A stretch of DNA of 64,000 nucleotides from Euglena gracilis (Eukaryota). The stretch spans positions 14,743,667-14,807,666 of the forward strand of contig CP154954.1 of NCBI GenBank assembly GCA_039621445.1. The letters run 5' to 3'. Shown piece after piece: positions 39,901-53,665 of this stretch. Within the stretch, counting starts at the first letter, position 1, and each line of letters starts with the position of its first letter. Below the pieces are notes generated by a model, which searched no databases, was not told where the DNA came from, and saw nothing but the letters and a program-made list of their open reading frames with translations. Position numbers and translations under genes: made by a program.

Positions 39901-42900
39901 CAGGGGAAGATGGGTGCTGCACCTTCCCCCCCCCCCCCCCCCGGACTCCCCCCCCCCCGCTGGCCCTCACTCACCCCCTCTCCCTATTTTGAAAAAAATT
40001 CATTCTTCGATTTTTTTTCAAGAAAAACAGTCTTAAAGTATGAAAAATTTGGCTGGTTACCTGGCGCCTCCCCGGAGCGTGGGGAATGTTTGTTTGTGTG
40101 GGCTCCGGGCCTGCCATGCATTATCTTTTTTGGGGCTGTCACTCCCCTTCTTTGGCAGAATTTCTTGTTTTTTCGGCTTTTTTTTTTTTTATTTCTGGAT
40201 TTTGTTCCGTGCAGAAATAAAAAAAAAAGCCGAAAAAACAAGAAATTCTGCCAAAATCCCCGGCATGCATGCAATTTGCTCGGATCTGTCGCAATCGAGC
40301 TCCCCATCGATCCAAATTCTCAAAGTTCTGGAATCGCTGGCGAAGAGATCAAATTCCATGCATGTTTTCCGTGCATGGAATTCCACGCATTCCATGCATT
40401 CCGTGCATGTGTTTGCGCACACCAACCAAAAGAAGTCTATGTGCGAGTTTCACCACCCAACCACCCAAGTCAGTAAAAATGTGTCGTCGTGGCATTTCAA
40501 GTCAGTTTGGCACCCACCCACCCACTGCTGGAAAGGGCTGTTAGGGGGGCCAATATGGCTTCAGCTTTTATATTCCAGTGATCGGCCATTCCCATGTTCT
40601 CCCTCAAATTCCCTTCCAGAAAGAATCACGGGGTTCCCACATCCCACTGAGGTGGTTCTATTTTCTGGTATTCAAATAATTCAGTAAATAATACAAAGGA
40701 ACAGAGAATCAAAGTCAGAAATGAGAAAGAGAATGGTGGGAGAAAAGAAAAGGCGATGGAAAATGAGAATGACTGGAAATAAGAAGCAACATGCGTGAAT
40801 CTGTGGCAGGAGGAACTAAAAAGAATGCGACAAAAATAGCCCACTCGGTGGCTATATATGGCTACCGAGAGTCAGGCGCCCACACCCAAGCTTCCATCAA
40901 AGGTCCCAGATGGTTCTGGGTGTGTTCCGTTGGAGCTGGCTGCTCCAGCATAGCGGGTGTGTGTGTTGCAAGTGTGTTACTGAGGCAGACAGACCGGCAG
41001 GCAGACAGGCAGACAAAGAATGCGAGACACAAAGAATGAGAGGGAGGGGTATTGCCCCGGGCTTTTGGGAACCCCTGGAATCCAGCGGGTGATGGAATGG
41101 GTGGTGGATGGGGTGGTCGACCTCCCCCCCCCCCCCCACCAGCGAGCCTTCCCACATTACTGGTGGCGCCGATTTTTCGGTCAAATTTTTCTTTGTGGGC
41201 TTGGATGGGTGGCGGGTCGACCCTCTGGGGTCAACCCCCTATCAGGTCCCGCAAGGCCCTTTGGGGTCCCCTGTTGGAGGTGGAGTTTTGGCTATTTTTG
41301 TTTTACCAAACAAAGGATGGACTTTTTCATACCCCAAAATTATCCCCAGAAATTGGGTCCCCAGACCTCTCCCCCCCGGGGGGGGAACCCCTGTACCTGT
41401 CCCTGGCTGGGATACCGGTACCTCCCCCAGTCTTTAAAAGAAAAATTGATGCCTATACAAGGCAGAGAGGCAGACAGAGGCACAGATATTGGTTGTTATG
41501 TGCATTCATTTCAGTTTATGCTAATTTTGTTATCCTCTGACACAAATCAATCAACATCCCCGTACCTGGGGCATGTCATTTTGCAATTTCATTTCACAAT
41601 GCTTGCCTGTTATGCGGTTCTGAGTTAGATGGTTCGTCCATTTTCCATCTGTGTCTGCTGCCTGTCAACGGCAAACTTTTTGTTTGCACCGTTGCTGCTG
41701 CGGAAGGTTATTTTTTTTCCATTCAGGCAACGCCGTGGAGTGCTGATGCGACTGCGTCCGAAGTCTGCTGGGTGAGAGGGAGGGAGGCAGGCCGCCCCAG
41801 GCAGGCCGCCCCATCCTGTGGCCATCAGTCCTTTTTCACAAACAGTCCAGACGCTGCAGAACGACCGGGGACACACAGCAATGTTCACTCATGTTTCCAA
41901 AGACGGGCCTTCCAGAAGAGGTGATGTCTGGATTGTGGCTTTTTTTTATTTGAAATAAATCCAAGCGAAACCAGCGCCTATTTACACCATTTTTAGATTC
42001 ATACCTCGCACGCAAAAGCACATTCATGGAACAAAGACAGAATCGATGTGCTGATTTTTAGTAAATGTTGAGTGTTGAAAGCCGGTCAAAAGTCTCCCCT
42101 GAAATAGCAAGTCCATTTTCAGTTTTCAATTTTCCAGAGGAGAGTTGAGAAGAATGGATAGCTCCGGTTTGCCACGATGTATTTGGTATATGTTCCAAGG
42201 ATGAAGATAGGTGTAATGAACCTGATGGGTGCAATGGAGCAGGAGCACACCACGCTGCGGACCAGTTGCTTGGAGCCGTTTTGAACCCACCCCAAGTTAT
42301 AGTAGAATCCCCTCCTCGTGATAACTGACCTTCAACCTACCCACCATTATCAGCCCACAAGACAAAGAGCCTGGCTTCTGGTTCTGTAACGTTTTATTCA
42401 TATTTTTACATCAATCTCCCACATTCAATTTGGAGTGGTTGTTTCTTAGACATGAATGAGTTGAAGCACAGACCAGTGTTTGAGCAAATAATTTTTTGCC
42501 TCCTTCTTCGAATTCTTCGAATACAAAAATTTTCAGCGGTGTGTGTCAGGGATTGGTGTTCATATTGAAACAGATAACTACGGATGATTCTGGCTGCTTT
42601 TTGGGCAATTTTAGCCTCCTTTGGCCCACTTTTTTTTTGTCACTTTTGGCGATTTCTGACTGTTTTTTGTTTTGAATTTTGTCATTTTTGGCTGTTTCTG
42701 GCCGATTCCAACCGTTTTGTGGCCATCTGCATATTTTTTTTCTTTCAATTTGCTTTAGCCTTTTGTGACTCTTTTTTTTTTTCAGGCGGCTTTGCTGCTT
42801 CTGGGCGTTCCTAGCTGCTTCTGGCCGACTTAGTCATTTTTCAGTGACATTTTCCTCGTTGTAGGCATTTCTGAGGCGATATGACGATCAATCTTTATGT

Positions 42901-45876
42901 TCTCATTGGTTGCAGCAATTTCTGGGTGGATGTCCTCAGCCAGTACAGGCATTGTCGCAATAACGGATAATTATGGACAATTATGGATCGCAACAAATGA
43001 TGCCCCATGCTCTGATTGTCATCCTAATTCACCACCTCTCAATAGCGATGCGAGGCTTGCAGCTGTCATTCAGTCTCCACTAAGACCCCGTGCCCTGGTT
43101 GCTATTGCCGTGCTCACGCCAGGTGTAAACACCCCATCCGCTGATGACCCATATCTCCCCACTTTGTTTGGGGTGCCTTTCGCATTCCAGGTCGGGCGTC
43201 ACTTAAGCCGAAGGGCACCTCATCCCTGGGTTGGAGGGTCCACCAGCCAGCTGCTTTTTTCCAGCCTCGGACAGCCCCCTATCGACGAGTTTTGATTTAT
43301 TTTGCAGTCCTAGAAGGAAGGCTGGATGGTAACAGATTCTTTTTTTGCTTTTGAGGGGCACATCCGGACAAAAAATAAAACACGCAAAATGCCAGAAAAA
43401 GTGCTGGCTAGCGGAATATTTGGTCGAAGAATCTTTTTTTTTTCGCAGGTATTTTTTCAGTTTCGATTTTCTTCTACGTAGTTTGACCCCAGCAGCTTTT
43501 GCCCAGCCTGCCCAAAATTTTCCATCCGCACCCCCCGGGGGGGTCCTCAGGCGACGCCCTGTTTCCAAATGTCTGTTCTTGTAAGCTTCAGCTGCTTTGC
43601 CAATGCTTAGGTCTTCTTCATGGCAGCTGTTGGAATGTGTCCAACTCTCTGATGGGGGGTGGAAGGGGCCACCAGACTCATCCCAGGGATCGAAATATGT
43701 GTGGTATATATGATGTGTATGTATTCGGTCAATGTTCGATTTCCAACCAGCTTTTTTTTGATCCAATCATTTTTGGTCATTTTTAAACACTTTCCTTCGC
43801 CTTTTCTTCTGGCCATTTTCAAGCCTTTCTGTGATGATTAAGAACTCCTGACGCCTTTTTTTTTCCCTCTGCCCAGGTTCTTGGGAGGGCAGACGACTGG
43901 TGATTGGCTGGTTTGATATCAGATTTCTTTGGGGACGTTTTTACTCTTGCCACCATCATGGCAATATATCTTGTGATATTTCTCAGCAGTGAAAATATGC
44001 ACACATCCGGAATAACCCCAAATTAACAAAACACGAAAAAAATTATTATGCATTTAAAATATATTGTCGGAATAAAATTCTGATCACAGAATTGTGTCAG
44101 ATAATTGAAGAAACAACTCGTTGATTTTTTTTATTCCTCTGATTTGTGTTTGCCACAGCCCGTTTTGCGGGGGTCCTGATTAGTGTTTAATATCCTTGTT
44201 CTTTTGCGCCTCGCCGATACATCGTCACGCCACAGTTTAGGGGAGGGGGGCACTCCCCGCCTCCTTAAACCACAAGGGTTAGTTGGACCACCTGCCTGGC
44301 CTAGTGTCCAACATTGGGTTGGCTGCCTTGGAAACCCCCTCAAACAGTCAGATGCACTCGCCGCTGCCGTCCCAGCGCAGGCGGTTGTCTTGTGTGAACA
44401 ACCCGTTAGTTCCTGTTGTGCTGCTGTTGGCCGTTTTCTGGATGCACCCCGACCCAAGCCCCCATCGTCAGAAGCGCATTAATGGGGCACTGGACCACTC
44501 TCTGCACAAACACCCTTGCCGAAAAAAAAACAGCTTTTCCTGATTGGCAGAATGTGGCTTCGGTGACGTGTGTGTTTCTGTGGTCGCTTCGTCAATTCAC
44601 AAATCAGGTGAGTTGAGAACATTTTGAAAATGAAGATTTGCTGAAATGGATTCAAGAGGGTCGGCAGGGTTATGTGCAACGACCTCCCCTCTTCTGGTCC
44701 GATGCGATCATTCTGGATACATTGGGTCCATAAATATATGTTTTTTTGTTGTTGTTTTTTGCTAATAAAAGTACATAAATAAGCAAATAAAAATACACAG
44801 TGAAATGAAAGAAATAAATGAAACATGGTGAAATGACCAAACATGGAAAATATTACAATAAACTGCTGAAAATTTTAATATGACTCGGAAAAAGGGCGAC
44901 TCAAGATGTCAAAGTTGACGTGAATTTTTAAAAGCGGCTTGCCATTGTGCAAGCTTGCAATAAAATGACCAACAATGACTAAAAGTGGCCAGAAACGGCA
45001 AACTGGCCAAAAATGACGCTCAGACGGTCAAAAATGGCCAAAGAAATGAAATCAGTCAAAAAAAAAAAACGGACAAAAAATCCCAGGCACCTGCCCCCCC
45101 CCCAACCCTCTCCCTGCATGCAAATTTGGCACCCCTGAAGCGTGCCCCCCTATTTTTTAACGTTTTTGGCTCACGTTGCAACTGGCCCGCTCGTTACCAG
45201 ATTCCAAAACCAGAACCACAGAACCAGAACACTGATTGGGACTGGTGGTCAAACTTTTCGTGCGAAACTGGACAGCTGACTCAGGAATTTCAACAGTGCA
45301 GACACAAAACTGAAAGACGAACCAGCAAACAGCAGAAACACACTGCAGCAGCAACAAGCAGCAGTCATTCTTTGGTGCTCCCAATGATCTCCCAAGGAAG
45401 GTGTGAGAGAGAGTGTGAGAGCTGCCAACCCGCCCCTTTTCACTCAAAAACTCCCTAAAAATAAAAATAAAATGCAATTTTTGAAACAAGCCGCGAGGGG
45501 GATCGAACACACCCTGGGCAGGGTGAAAGATCCGACGCAAAGGGGTGCCAGCCACGGAAAAACGGAAATTGGGGTTCCAGGTACACCGATACAACATGGT
45601 TGCAGAGGTAGACTGCCCAATTTTGACTCCCCTCCAACGTGCGGTTGCGAACAACGCCAGAGGCTGTAAAAACTGACGCTGACATGCCAGCTGCCCCAAC
45701 CGCCATCACTGGGGTGGTGGAGCCAGCGGATGGCTGCTCAGCCATGTACCAACCACTGGAGACGCCAGCTGCCTTAACCACCATCGCCTCACCGACATTA
45801 CAGTGCCAAAGACATGCAATGACAGCCCACTTCTAAATTTCTAAACACACAAATTTGCCCCCTGGGGTTGCCCCCC

Positions 45877-46469
45877 CAGGGCAGAACGGGAATCGGCCGA
45901 ACAGCCAGGGTGGGTGCCCCCCCCCCACCATCTCTTCCCGTTTTTCCGGGAGCACCAATTTTTGGACCCGAAAAAAAATTTTACCCATTTTGGGACCCAT
46001 GTAGGGGGTCCCCCCAAAAACCACCCAAAACCCCATTTTTTTCACAGCTTCCAAAAATTCAACATTTTCTCAAAGTTTTGATTTTGAGAGGTTTATGAAG
46101 CAAAAAAATGCCATTGAAAGTCCAAAAAAATTCAACAAGAAAAAAAATGTCAGTAAAATTTGACTGTGCCAATATTTGGTCCACTTTTTTTTGACCTGAG
46201 TTTTTTTCAAACCCCCCCTAAAAAGTACCAATTTTTTAGCCCTGATTTTTTTTGAGATTTTTTTTCTGAAAAAAATGTGGTTTTCCATCAAAAAATCATG
46301 TGTATTAGGTTCATTTTTTAAAAAAGATTTCAAATTTTTTCTGGCCAAAATCCCCGTTTTTCCGAAATCGATGAAACTGCTGTGATGGGTGGGGGCGGTC
46401 GACCCACCCCCCACCTCCCGGGGGGGGGGGGGGGGGTGACCCCCCACCAGGCCTTCTCGTTCTGCCCTG
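45877..46469. mobile_element. Full-length CAGGGCAGAAC-family MITE
   Basis: TIRs CAGGGCAGAACGGGAA / TTCTCGTTCTGCCCTG; TSD decayed (TGCCCCCC / CCTCCCCC). Confidence 0.8.
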
Positions 46470-48473
46470 CCTCCCCCGGTGCTGGCCTTCAATCATGGCC
46501 TGGGAGGAGAGGAAGATCACACGCGGCGATGTTTTCGCCGATCTGTGCTTTCTTCCCTCCACTTGTCTGTGGACCCCGGAATATTAACCCTTCCAAAAAT
46601 GAGACCCCACAAAAAATAAGACTTATCGTGGGCCGTTCAACAGGCGGGGGGAACCGATATGTGCAATTTTCATACAATTTACGTAATCTTTCGCAGTTTT
46701 CCCGCAATCTTCGCAATTTTTCCGCAACTGTTCCGTATTTTTTCATGTTCCACAATGAGTTCTGGCCATTCCCTGAACGTTCCAAAAGAGAACCAAGGTT
46801 ATTTTTTTTTATTTGTTGCAAATTTGCCAAGATTTGTCAAAGTTTATAAATTTTGACAAAATTTGGCGATTTCTGGGCATTTTTAGGCTTTCCCCAATTT
46901 CTGCTGAGAATGATGAAAAAGGTTTGACTGAAAAAATCTGCATCCTGGATTAGTTTTCACCTGAGACCAAATTTTTAGACAATTTTTTGCCGTTTTTGAC
47001 TTCTTTACCAAATAAATGCCATATTTCCAGAAGTTCCAAAAGTTGTGTTTTTGGACCTTTTTTGGTGGAAAGAGGTGAATTATGGCTCAAAATTTCCATC
47101 GATGTTGAAAACTGACCAAATTTGAGAAACCTCCAGCAGAAGTGTGTTTATTCCCAAAACCGCAATTTGTGCATTTTTTTTGCCAATTTTTCTGCAATTC
47201 CCACAATTTTTCAGCAATTTTTCTGCAATTGGTCCACCCCCCCCCCCTGCGACTGATAAAAACTTCAAAAATAAGATCCCGCAACAAGACCTCCTGGTGC
47301 AAAGCGTCGGGGAGGGCCCGCTTTTTCTTTTTCCTCCTCTTGAAAATTTTGGTGGTTTACCCCAACAATCTATCATGTCTTGCTCTGGGGGGGGGGGCTG
47401 CCTAGGGTCCATTAGCTGGCAATTTTGCTGGTCACTAGGTTCCCCAGACCGTGAATCCCGCTCAATCCTTGACACAAAAATGATGAAGTTCTAGGGTTTT
47501 TTGAAGTGCAAAAAAAATGTGGTAAAATTACACCAATTTCCACATTGCGCACCGAAGGAATTTTTTTAGTGCTTTTGGGAACCTGAAAAATAATGATTAT
47601 TCTGGGCCCCGGTTGGTCAAGGAAAAATGCAAATATAGGATCTTCCCGGAACAAGACCCTGGAGGTTTCCAGCAATGGACCCAAAGTTAGACTCAGGTCA
47701 TATTTTGGGCGGGGATCACGTGAGCGTTGGTCCAGACAAACCTCCACCCCCCTTCAGACTGATGGAGGATCCGGGACCCCCCAGAAACCCAAAAAAGAAG
47801 ACAACTTTTTTTTTCTCCGGTGCATTGCACCAGAATTTTTTTTCGTGTCTATTTTGGCCTATTTTTCAAGAAGAATTTGGAAAACGCGATTTTTGGGGTT
47901 TTTCAAGTCCCAAAAAATTTCCGCCTTTTTTTTCCCCGGGAGGGAGTCCAACCCTCCCTTTCGGTGGTGTCCAGACCACTCCCTTCTTGCCTGCTCATTT
48001 CGTAACCTGGTCGACCTCCTTCCTGGTCAGAGACAGAAAAATGTTTTAGCGGCTGCCTCCCTGGTGAGAGACAAACATTCATGGTTGTTGAACAGGGATG
48101 GGAGGTTGTTGGGTGGAAAAGGACCAGCCTGGACGCAAATGAACAATGCAACCCCAGTCCTGGTGGTCAGGCTTCTTCATAAGGGTTCGCATTCCAACCC
48201 TGGGGGGGTCGACTGAAGCTAGTCCGAGTTGGGCTTGGACCCCGGGGGGGGGGGTCCACTTGCAGGCTAGGTGGTGGTTTTTTTTTAACAAGTCACCGGC
48301 GCCAAGCGAGAAATTTTTACTTGAACCCCAAACCTTCCAAAAGTGCCCGTCTTTTTTTTTGGAACTTTTTTGGAACAAGCCGAAAAAAACACCCACCAAA
48401 AACCCCACTCGGCGCAGCCAGTTGGTGTGTGTTTTCCAGTGGATTTCCAGTGGGGGATTTTAGGGACCCGGAC

Positions 48474-48729
48474 CAGGCTTCTTTTTAAGTAAGAAGCCCC
48501 CCCCCCCTGGGGGGGAGGGGGTGGGTGGGTGGGTCCGGGCCGCCCCCCCCCCCGGGTTGGGGGTCCTGCGCCGGAGGCGCCGGGTATACCTTTTCGGCGC
48601 AAAGCGCCAAATTTTTTTGAAAATTGCCTTTAACGGGCCCGATTTTGGGGGTCCCCGCCCCCCCAGGGGGGTCCCGCGCCACCCTGGGTGGGTGGGGGGA
48701 CCCCCCCGGGGGTCTTGAAAAGAAGCCTG
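48474..48729. mobile_element. hAT-like MITE with perfect 8-bp TSD ACCCGGAC
   Basis: TIRs CAGGCTTCTTTTTAAG / CTTGAAAAGAAGCCTG (15 of 16); TSD at 48466-48473 and 48730-48737. Confidence 0.93.
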
Positions 48730-49298
48730 ACCCGGACTCCGGACCTCCCAGCAGAGAGTGGCCCAGTAAGTGGCTTTTCTAGTGGCAAGTTTCAGAACCC
48801 CCGGGATCTCAAGGGAAAGCCTGGCTCTGATAATGCAATAGGTGTGTGTGTGTGTGTGGTGTGTGTGTGTGTGTGTGTGTGTTTATGCTTGTGTGCAGTT
48901 GTGTGTTTGTTTTTTTTAAATTAAATTACAGGTCCTGGTTTTCCATTGGAAATTGTCCAATCATGCTGGTTTTTCGCATCGGCACTCGATTCGGCTGCAC
49001 TGGTCCTGAACCTGTACACCTGCAATCTGACCAAGTTTTTCAAAATTCACTCTCGTTCCGCCCTGCTCACTGGAGTATGGTGAGAGAACGCTTTCTTCCT
49101 ACCCACCTCATTCGTTGCACTGCAACTGCTTTGACCGTGCCACGTCTTTGCCTGTGGTAACAGAGGATGCTTTGTTTATGGGTGTCTGTGCAGTGTCAAC
49201 TGAAATGCATTCCAAACCTCCACTCCACTGGTGAATGTGTAATCAAAAAAATGCTTTTTTGCGTTTTTTCTTGTTTGACCCCCTGTTTGTGTTTTGAG

Positions 49299-49632
49299 CA
49301 GGCTGAAGCACTGACCGGGGGGTGGTTGACTGGTTTTTTCAGAGTGATTGACTGGTTTTTGGCCTGGACCCCCTCCCCCCCCCCAGGGGGGTGGTCGGCC
49401 AGGAGTGGGCAAAAGTGGCTTGAGTGACCCCGGCGCCGAAGGCGCTGGATAATTTTTTTTGGCCTAAAATGGCCGTTTTTCTGGAAAATGGAAAGTGGCC
49501 GTTTTTCTGAGTGGCCGACCCCCCCCCCCCCGGGGGGGGGTAGTGGCTGGCTGGTTTTTGAAAATGAGTGACTGACTGGTTTTTAAAAAAGTGGAGTGAC
49601 CCCCCCCCCGGGGGTCGGTAAAAAATTGTGTG
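49299..49632. mobile_element. Insertion with perfect 8-bp TSD GTTTTGAG and CA...TG ends
   Basis: TSD at 49291-49298 and 49633-49640; empty site GTTTTGAG at 10493-10500. TIR is poor beyond CA/TG. Confidence 0.75.
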
Positions 49633-52600
49633 GTTTTGAGGTGGCTACCCCCCATGTGTGATGAACCCCCTGGCCCAATGAACAGGGGGTCCGGACTTTC
49701 CAACTTTTCATCTTTTACAGCAATGCAAATGCCCATACACTCATGCTCAAAAATTTTGCCCGATTCGGAATCTCTTGATTTTATTTTGGTGTTCATTCGG
49801 CTTGGGGGGGGTGTGGTACATGAAACATTGCTGCACAATAAAAGTTAAGCTCATGTGTATGTTTTCCTGATTATTTCACATTCTCCTTTGGAGAGTGGTC
49901 AACCAACGATGGTGGGTTAGGCGTGAACCGTCATTGCTTGATGGAACAAGATATCGGAAGACTTGGCACAATGCAGCTTTCATGGCATGGCCTCTTTCCA
50001 ACCCATGGCAACCTGCTGAAGCGTCCCCCACTGGCTGCATCATTTGTTGACCACTGGTTAACATTTGGGGGGGGTTAGCTGCAGGTGAGATTCTCATTCA
50101 GACGGACCAATGCAATGTCCAATGTAACTCAAGCAGCTCCCCCAATTTTATATTTTGGTGGAATTTCAAGGTCCTCATCTTCCCCAATAATGTGCATTTT
50201 CTTGTCCAAAATGGACGATTTCTGGGGAAAAAAATTCTGGTTTATCCTGCATGCCACCCTGGGTTTATGTTTTATGTTTGGGGGTTTTGCACTATTTTTA
50301 TGTACTACTCCTGAATACCTGGGACAAGGAGGGCGTTGTCTTTCAGAAGTTGAAAGTAGGAAGTTTGACTGATTCAGCCTGCGTCCATCAACCAACCGCT
50401 CCTGCCGACACCTGATCGTACAGCTTCCCACGCTTTCCACGGCCCATGCTTTTTCTGTTGTTCTGAAAAAAAACTGAATTTGTGAGTTAATTCTGACGTC
50501 AAACCCACTGGGTCACGAGGGTTACCTTGGCCCCCTATTACTTACATGCAAGCTTGGCCCCCCAAAGTTGGCCTTTTCTGCAAATTTGCAATCTTGGCCT
50601 TTAGTAAAGTTTTTTTTTCCACAGATCTTGCAGAATACTCACCGAAATCTCAAGGATTCCAATTTCGCGCTATGGTTTTTCCAGGCAAGAGGAAATGCTA
50701 TCTGGACCTGTTTTCCTTCCCAAGTCTGTGATGACCAAGGTGTCTGCTTTTGGGGAGGGTGTTACACAGAGTCTGGACAGAAATACATGGGAACCAAAAA
50801 TGATGAAGAATCGACAACATTGTGAGATCATCCACGTGAAAAGACAAAAAAGTAGCAAAATTTGATCTTCCTCGTGCTCGTGGGATAAGCACAAAATATA
50901 AAACTAAAACAAAGATTTATTTCAAAGCAGTGGGTGGGAACTCTGTGGTGCAGACATTTTTTCGCTGGCTCTGCTTTCTTCTTTACGTGGAAACAGCATG
51001 CCAGGTTGAAACAACGGGTTTTTGGCGCGCACGGGGATCCTGGACCCCCCCTCCCTGCGATGAACATTCACCGGGGAAAGGGGGGGTACCGGGCGGTGAA
51101 TGTCACCATTTTGAGCGTTTGGGTGTTTTTTTTTTTTGCTTTGTCATATTTTGTTCTTTTTCCTCTAAAAATGACTATTTTGATGCCATTTGGTCGGAAA
51201 TTTTGATAAAAGCTTCACCGGTGAAGTTCACCATTGGTTTATGCGAGGGAGGGAAGGTGTCCAGGACCCCCCAGTGAAGTTTCAAACGGTGAGCCTCACC
51301 ACAGGGGGGAGGTCCAAGATGACCAATACTGCCGGATCTCCAAGGCTGATGGCGGCCGGGAGTCCAAGATTCAACAGACAAAATTCTTCCCAATGCGAAA
51401 AAACCTTCTGGTCGCCTTCGGTGGCCGGCTTTTTGCAAAAAAAATTGGGGGTTGTTGCATTATGGTGGGCTTCCTACTCATGACGGCGACAGGCACCGTA
51501 CGCTTGGCCCGTGCGTCTTCTGGAGTAGTGGCTCGCATCCACTCTTAAAACAAATTGTTTGTCTGGATTAACGTGTTTTAGAATTAATTCATTGCACAAC
51601 AGTGATTTCATTTTTTAAAATGTCACCATGTCGGATGGGTCCCAAGCAGGGGTTTTTTTAGTCTTGGACCCCCTCCCCCGGGGGGGAGGGGGGGTAGGGT
51701 GGGTGGGTCCCTTGGACCCCCTCACCGGAGGCAGAGGGTGACAATCCAGCCCCCGGTGACACATCTCAAAACAGGAAAGGGCTCGCCCAGTCCAGGGATG
51801 CAATTCCACCCAGGGTTTCACCATCCATAGGCCAGAGACGCCGATACCGCGGACGTTATTGTGTCCTTGGGGGGCACACCTCTTGCAATCTGAAGTGTGC
51901 CACTGAGTCCGGGTTATATCGGACCTTCTTTCATCCCCCAACCTTGACCGCTTTGCGGGGTAGCAGTGTGCTGGCTTGACCTCGCTGAACCATCAAATGT
52001 GCTGGAGGGAGCTACCCGTGGGACACTTCACAGGCAATTTTCCGCGACACCTGTTATTTGGTTTGCGAGAATGACAAACATTGTGTGTTGCTCCGATTTT
52101 TTCCCTTCCGATTTTAGTGGTGTATGGACCGGACATTTCCCCCTGACTATGGACAAAGAAATTGCAAGCAAAAAAGCAACGTTATGAAAGTCTCGGAAAT
52201 TCAAACAGAGCCGCCATGGAGGCTTTCAAACCCACGGGGACATGCCCCACAACGTGGGAACGTGCCTTCGACCATGGCGCCTGCCATTGCAGAAGCAGAG
52301 AAGCTTTCAGAGAGATTGCATCTTGTCCACCCCCGGAACTGTCTGTGTCGGGTGTGCCGCCCCATACCCCTGTGACATGCCCCCCCCCCCCCCCGGCGAA
52401 GGGCAGTGCTCGGCGAGGGGGACCTGATTTTTTAAACTATCTGACACGCATTTTCGAATAATTTCTGTTTTTTAATATTGTTTTCTATTTTCTGCTTTTT
52501 TCAATCTGGCAACTCCGTAGTTGGCAAAGTACAAGAACCCTAGAGCGGCTCGTGCATTGAAAATGAACAAAGAAGCAAAGTTACTGGAATACAACAGAAC

Positions 52601-53665
52601 AGTCAACAAAAAAATAACAACAACAACAAAAAACACAAACAAATTGTATTATGAGAAAGGGCTCAAGAAACCATGTAAATGTGACATAAATTGAAACAAT
52701 CAAACAAGGTAAAGCAGAATAGAAATAAACAGAGCAGCATCTGGGAGCATAATTTGCGTGCATCTTCTTTGAATTTCTTCGCATACCCCAGTTTGTGGCC
52801 TGTCGGATGGTTCCACTTTCCGCTTTCAGGAATACCTCCAATTGTCTAGCACACTTGGAAATGTTTTGTGACTTCGAAGCAGTGTTTTCTTCAGGTGCTG
52901 GCTGGACCCACAGCCCTTTTCCAGCTAAAAATTAAGGTTATCAAAACCCAAACACCCACCCTCAAAACACCCACTTTTGACCATTTTTGGACCGAATTTC
53001 TCCAATTTGCATCCAAAAAAAATCCCCCAGCCCACCAGTACCACGGGACCTCTCCCACCCGCCCCCCCGTAACTCTCACTCTCCATTCATTGAGGGCATT
53101 GAATTTTTTCGACCTTTCCCCCCTGAATTGGTCAGAAATGCCCCCAAAGGAGTGGTGGGTTCTGCTTGTGTCTCCCCTTCTCAGGGTAGTATAGGAAGCT
53201 CCGCAGACATGAGGTAGATGGGGGACCCCTAGGGGGTCACCCCCCCTCCCCCATCCCCCTTTCTAGTTTTGGAAGTGGGTCCGCCACCCCCCCCTCCTCT
53301 GCGGGGGCAAAATAAAAAATCTTCCGGTGCTTCGCGCCGGGGGTGTATACTAGGACCCACTTGAGGCTCAAAGTAATAATATGCACTCGATGGCGAGAAT
53401 TTCCAGCTACCAAAACTGGAGATAGGAGGGGTGTTTGCCCCCCCTCCCCAGATTCCCAAACAAGCCTGCCCCTCCTTCTCCGGAAAATCGCCGCCGTGAG
53501 TTCACGCGGTCACACGCCTCCCAGTCACATCCCGTGCCCTGGGGCCCAGTGCCGGCCCCTCACTCGCCCCCACACGCGTGCTGCCTTCCGCCTCGGTCGC
53601 CTCCATCCCCAGGGTGGGACGCGCTGCCAGTTGCCCAGGCGCTGATGCCATTTTCCATGAAGAGA

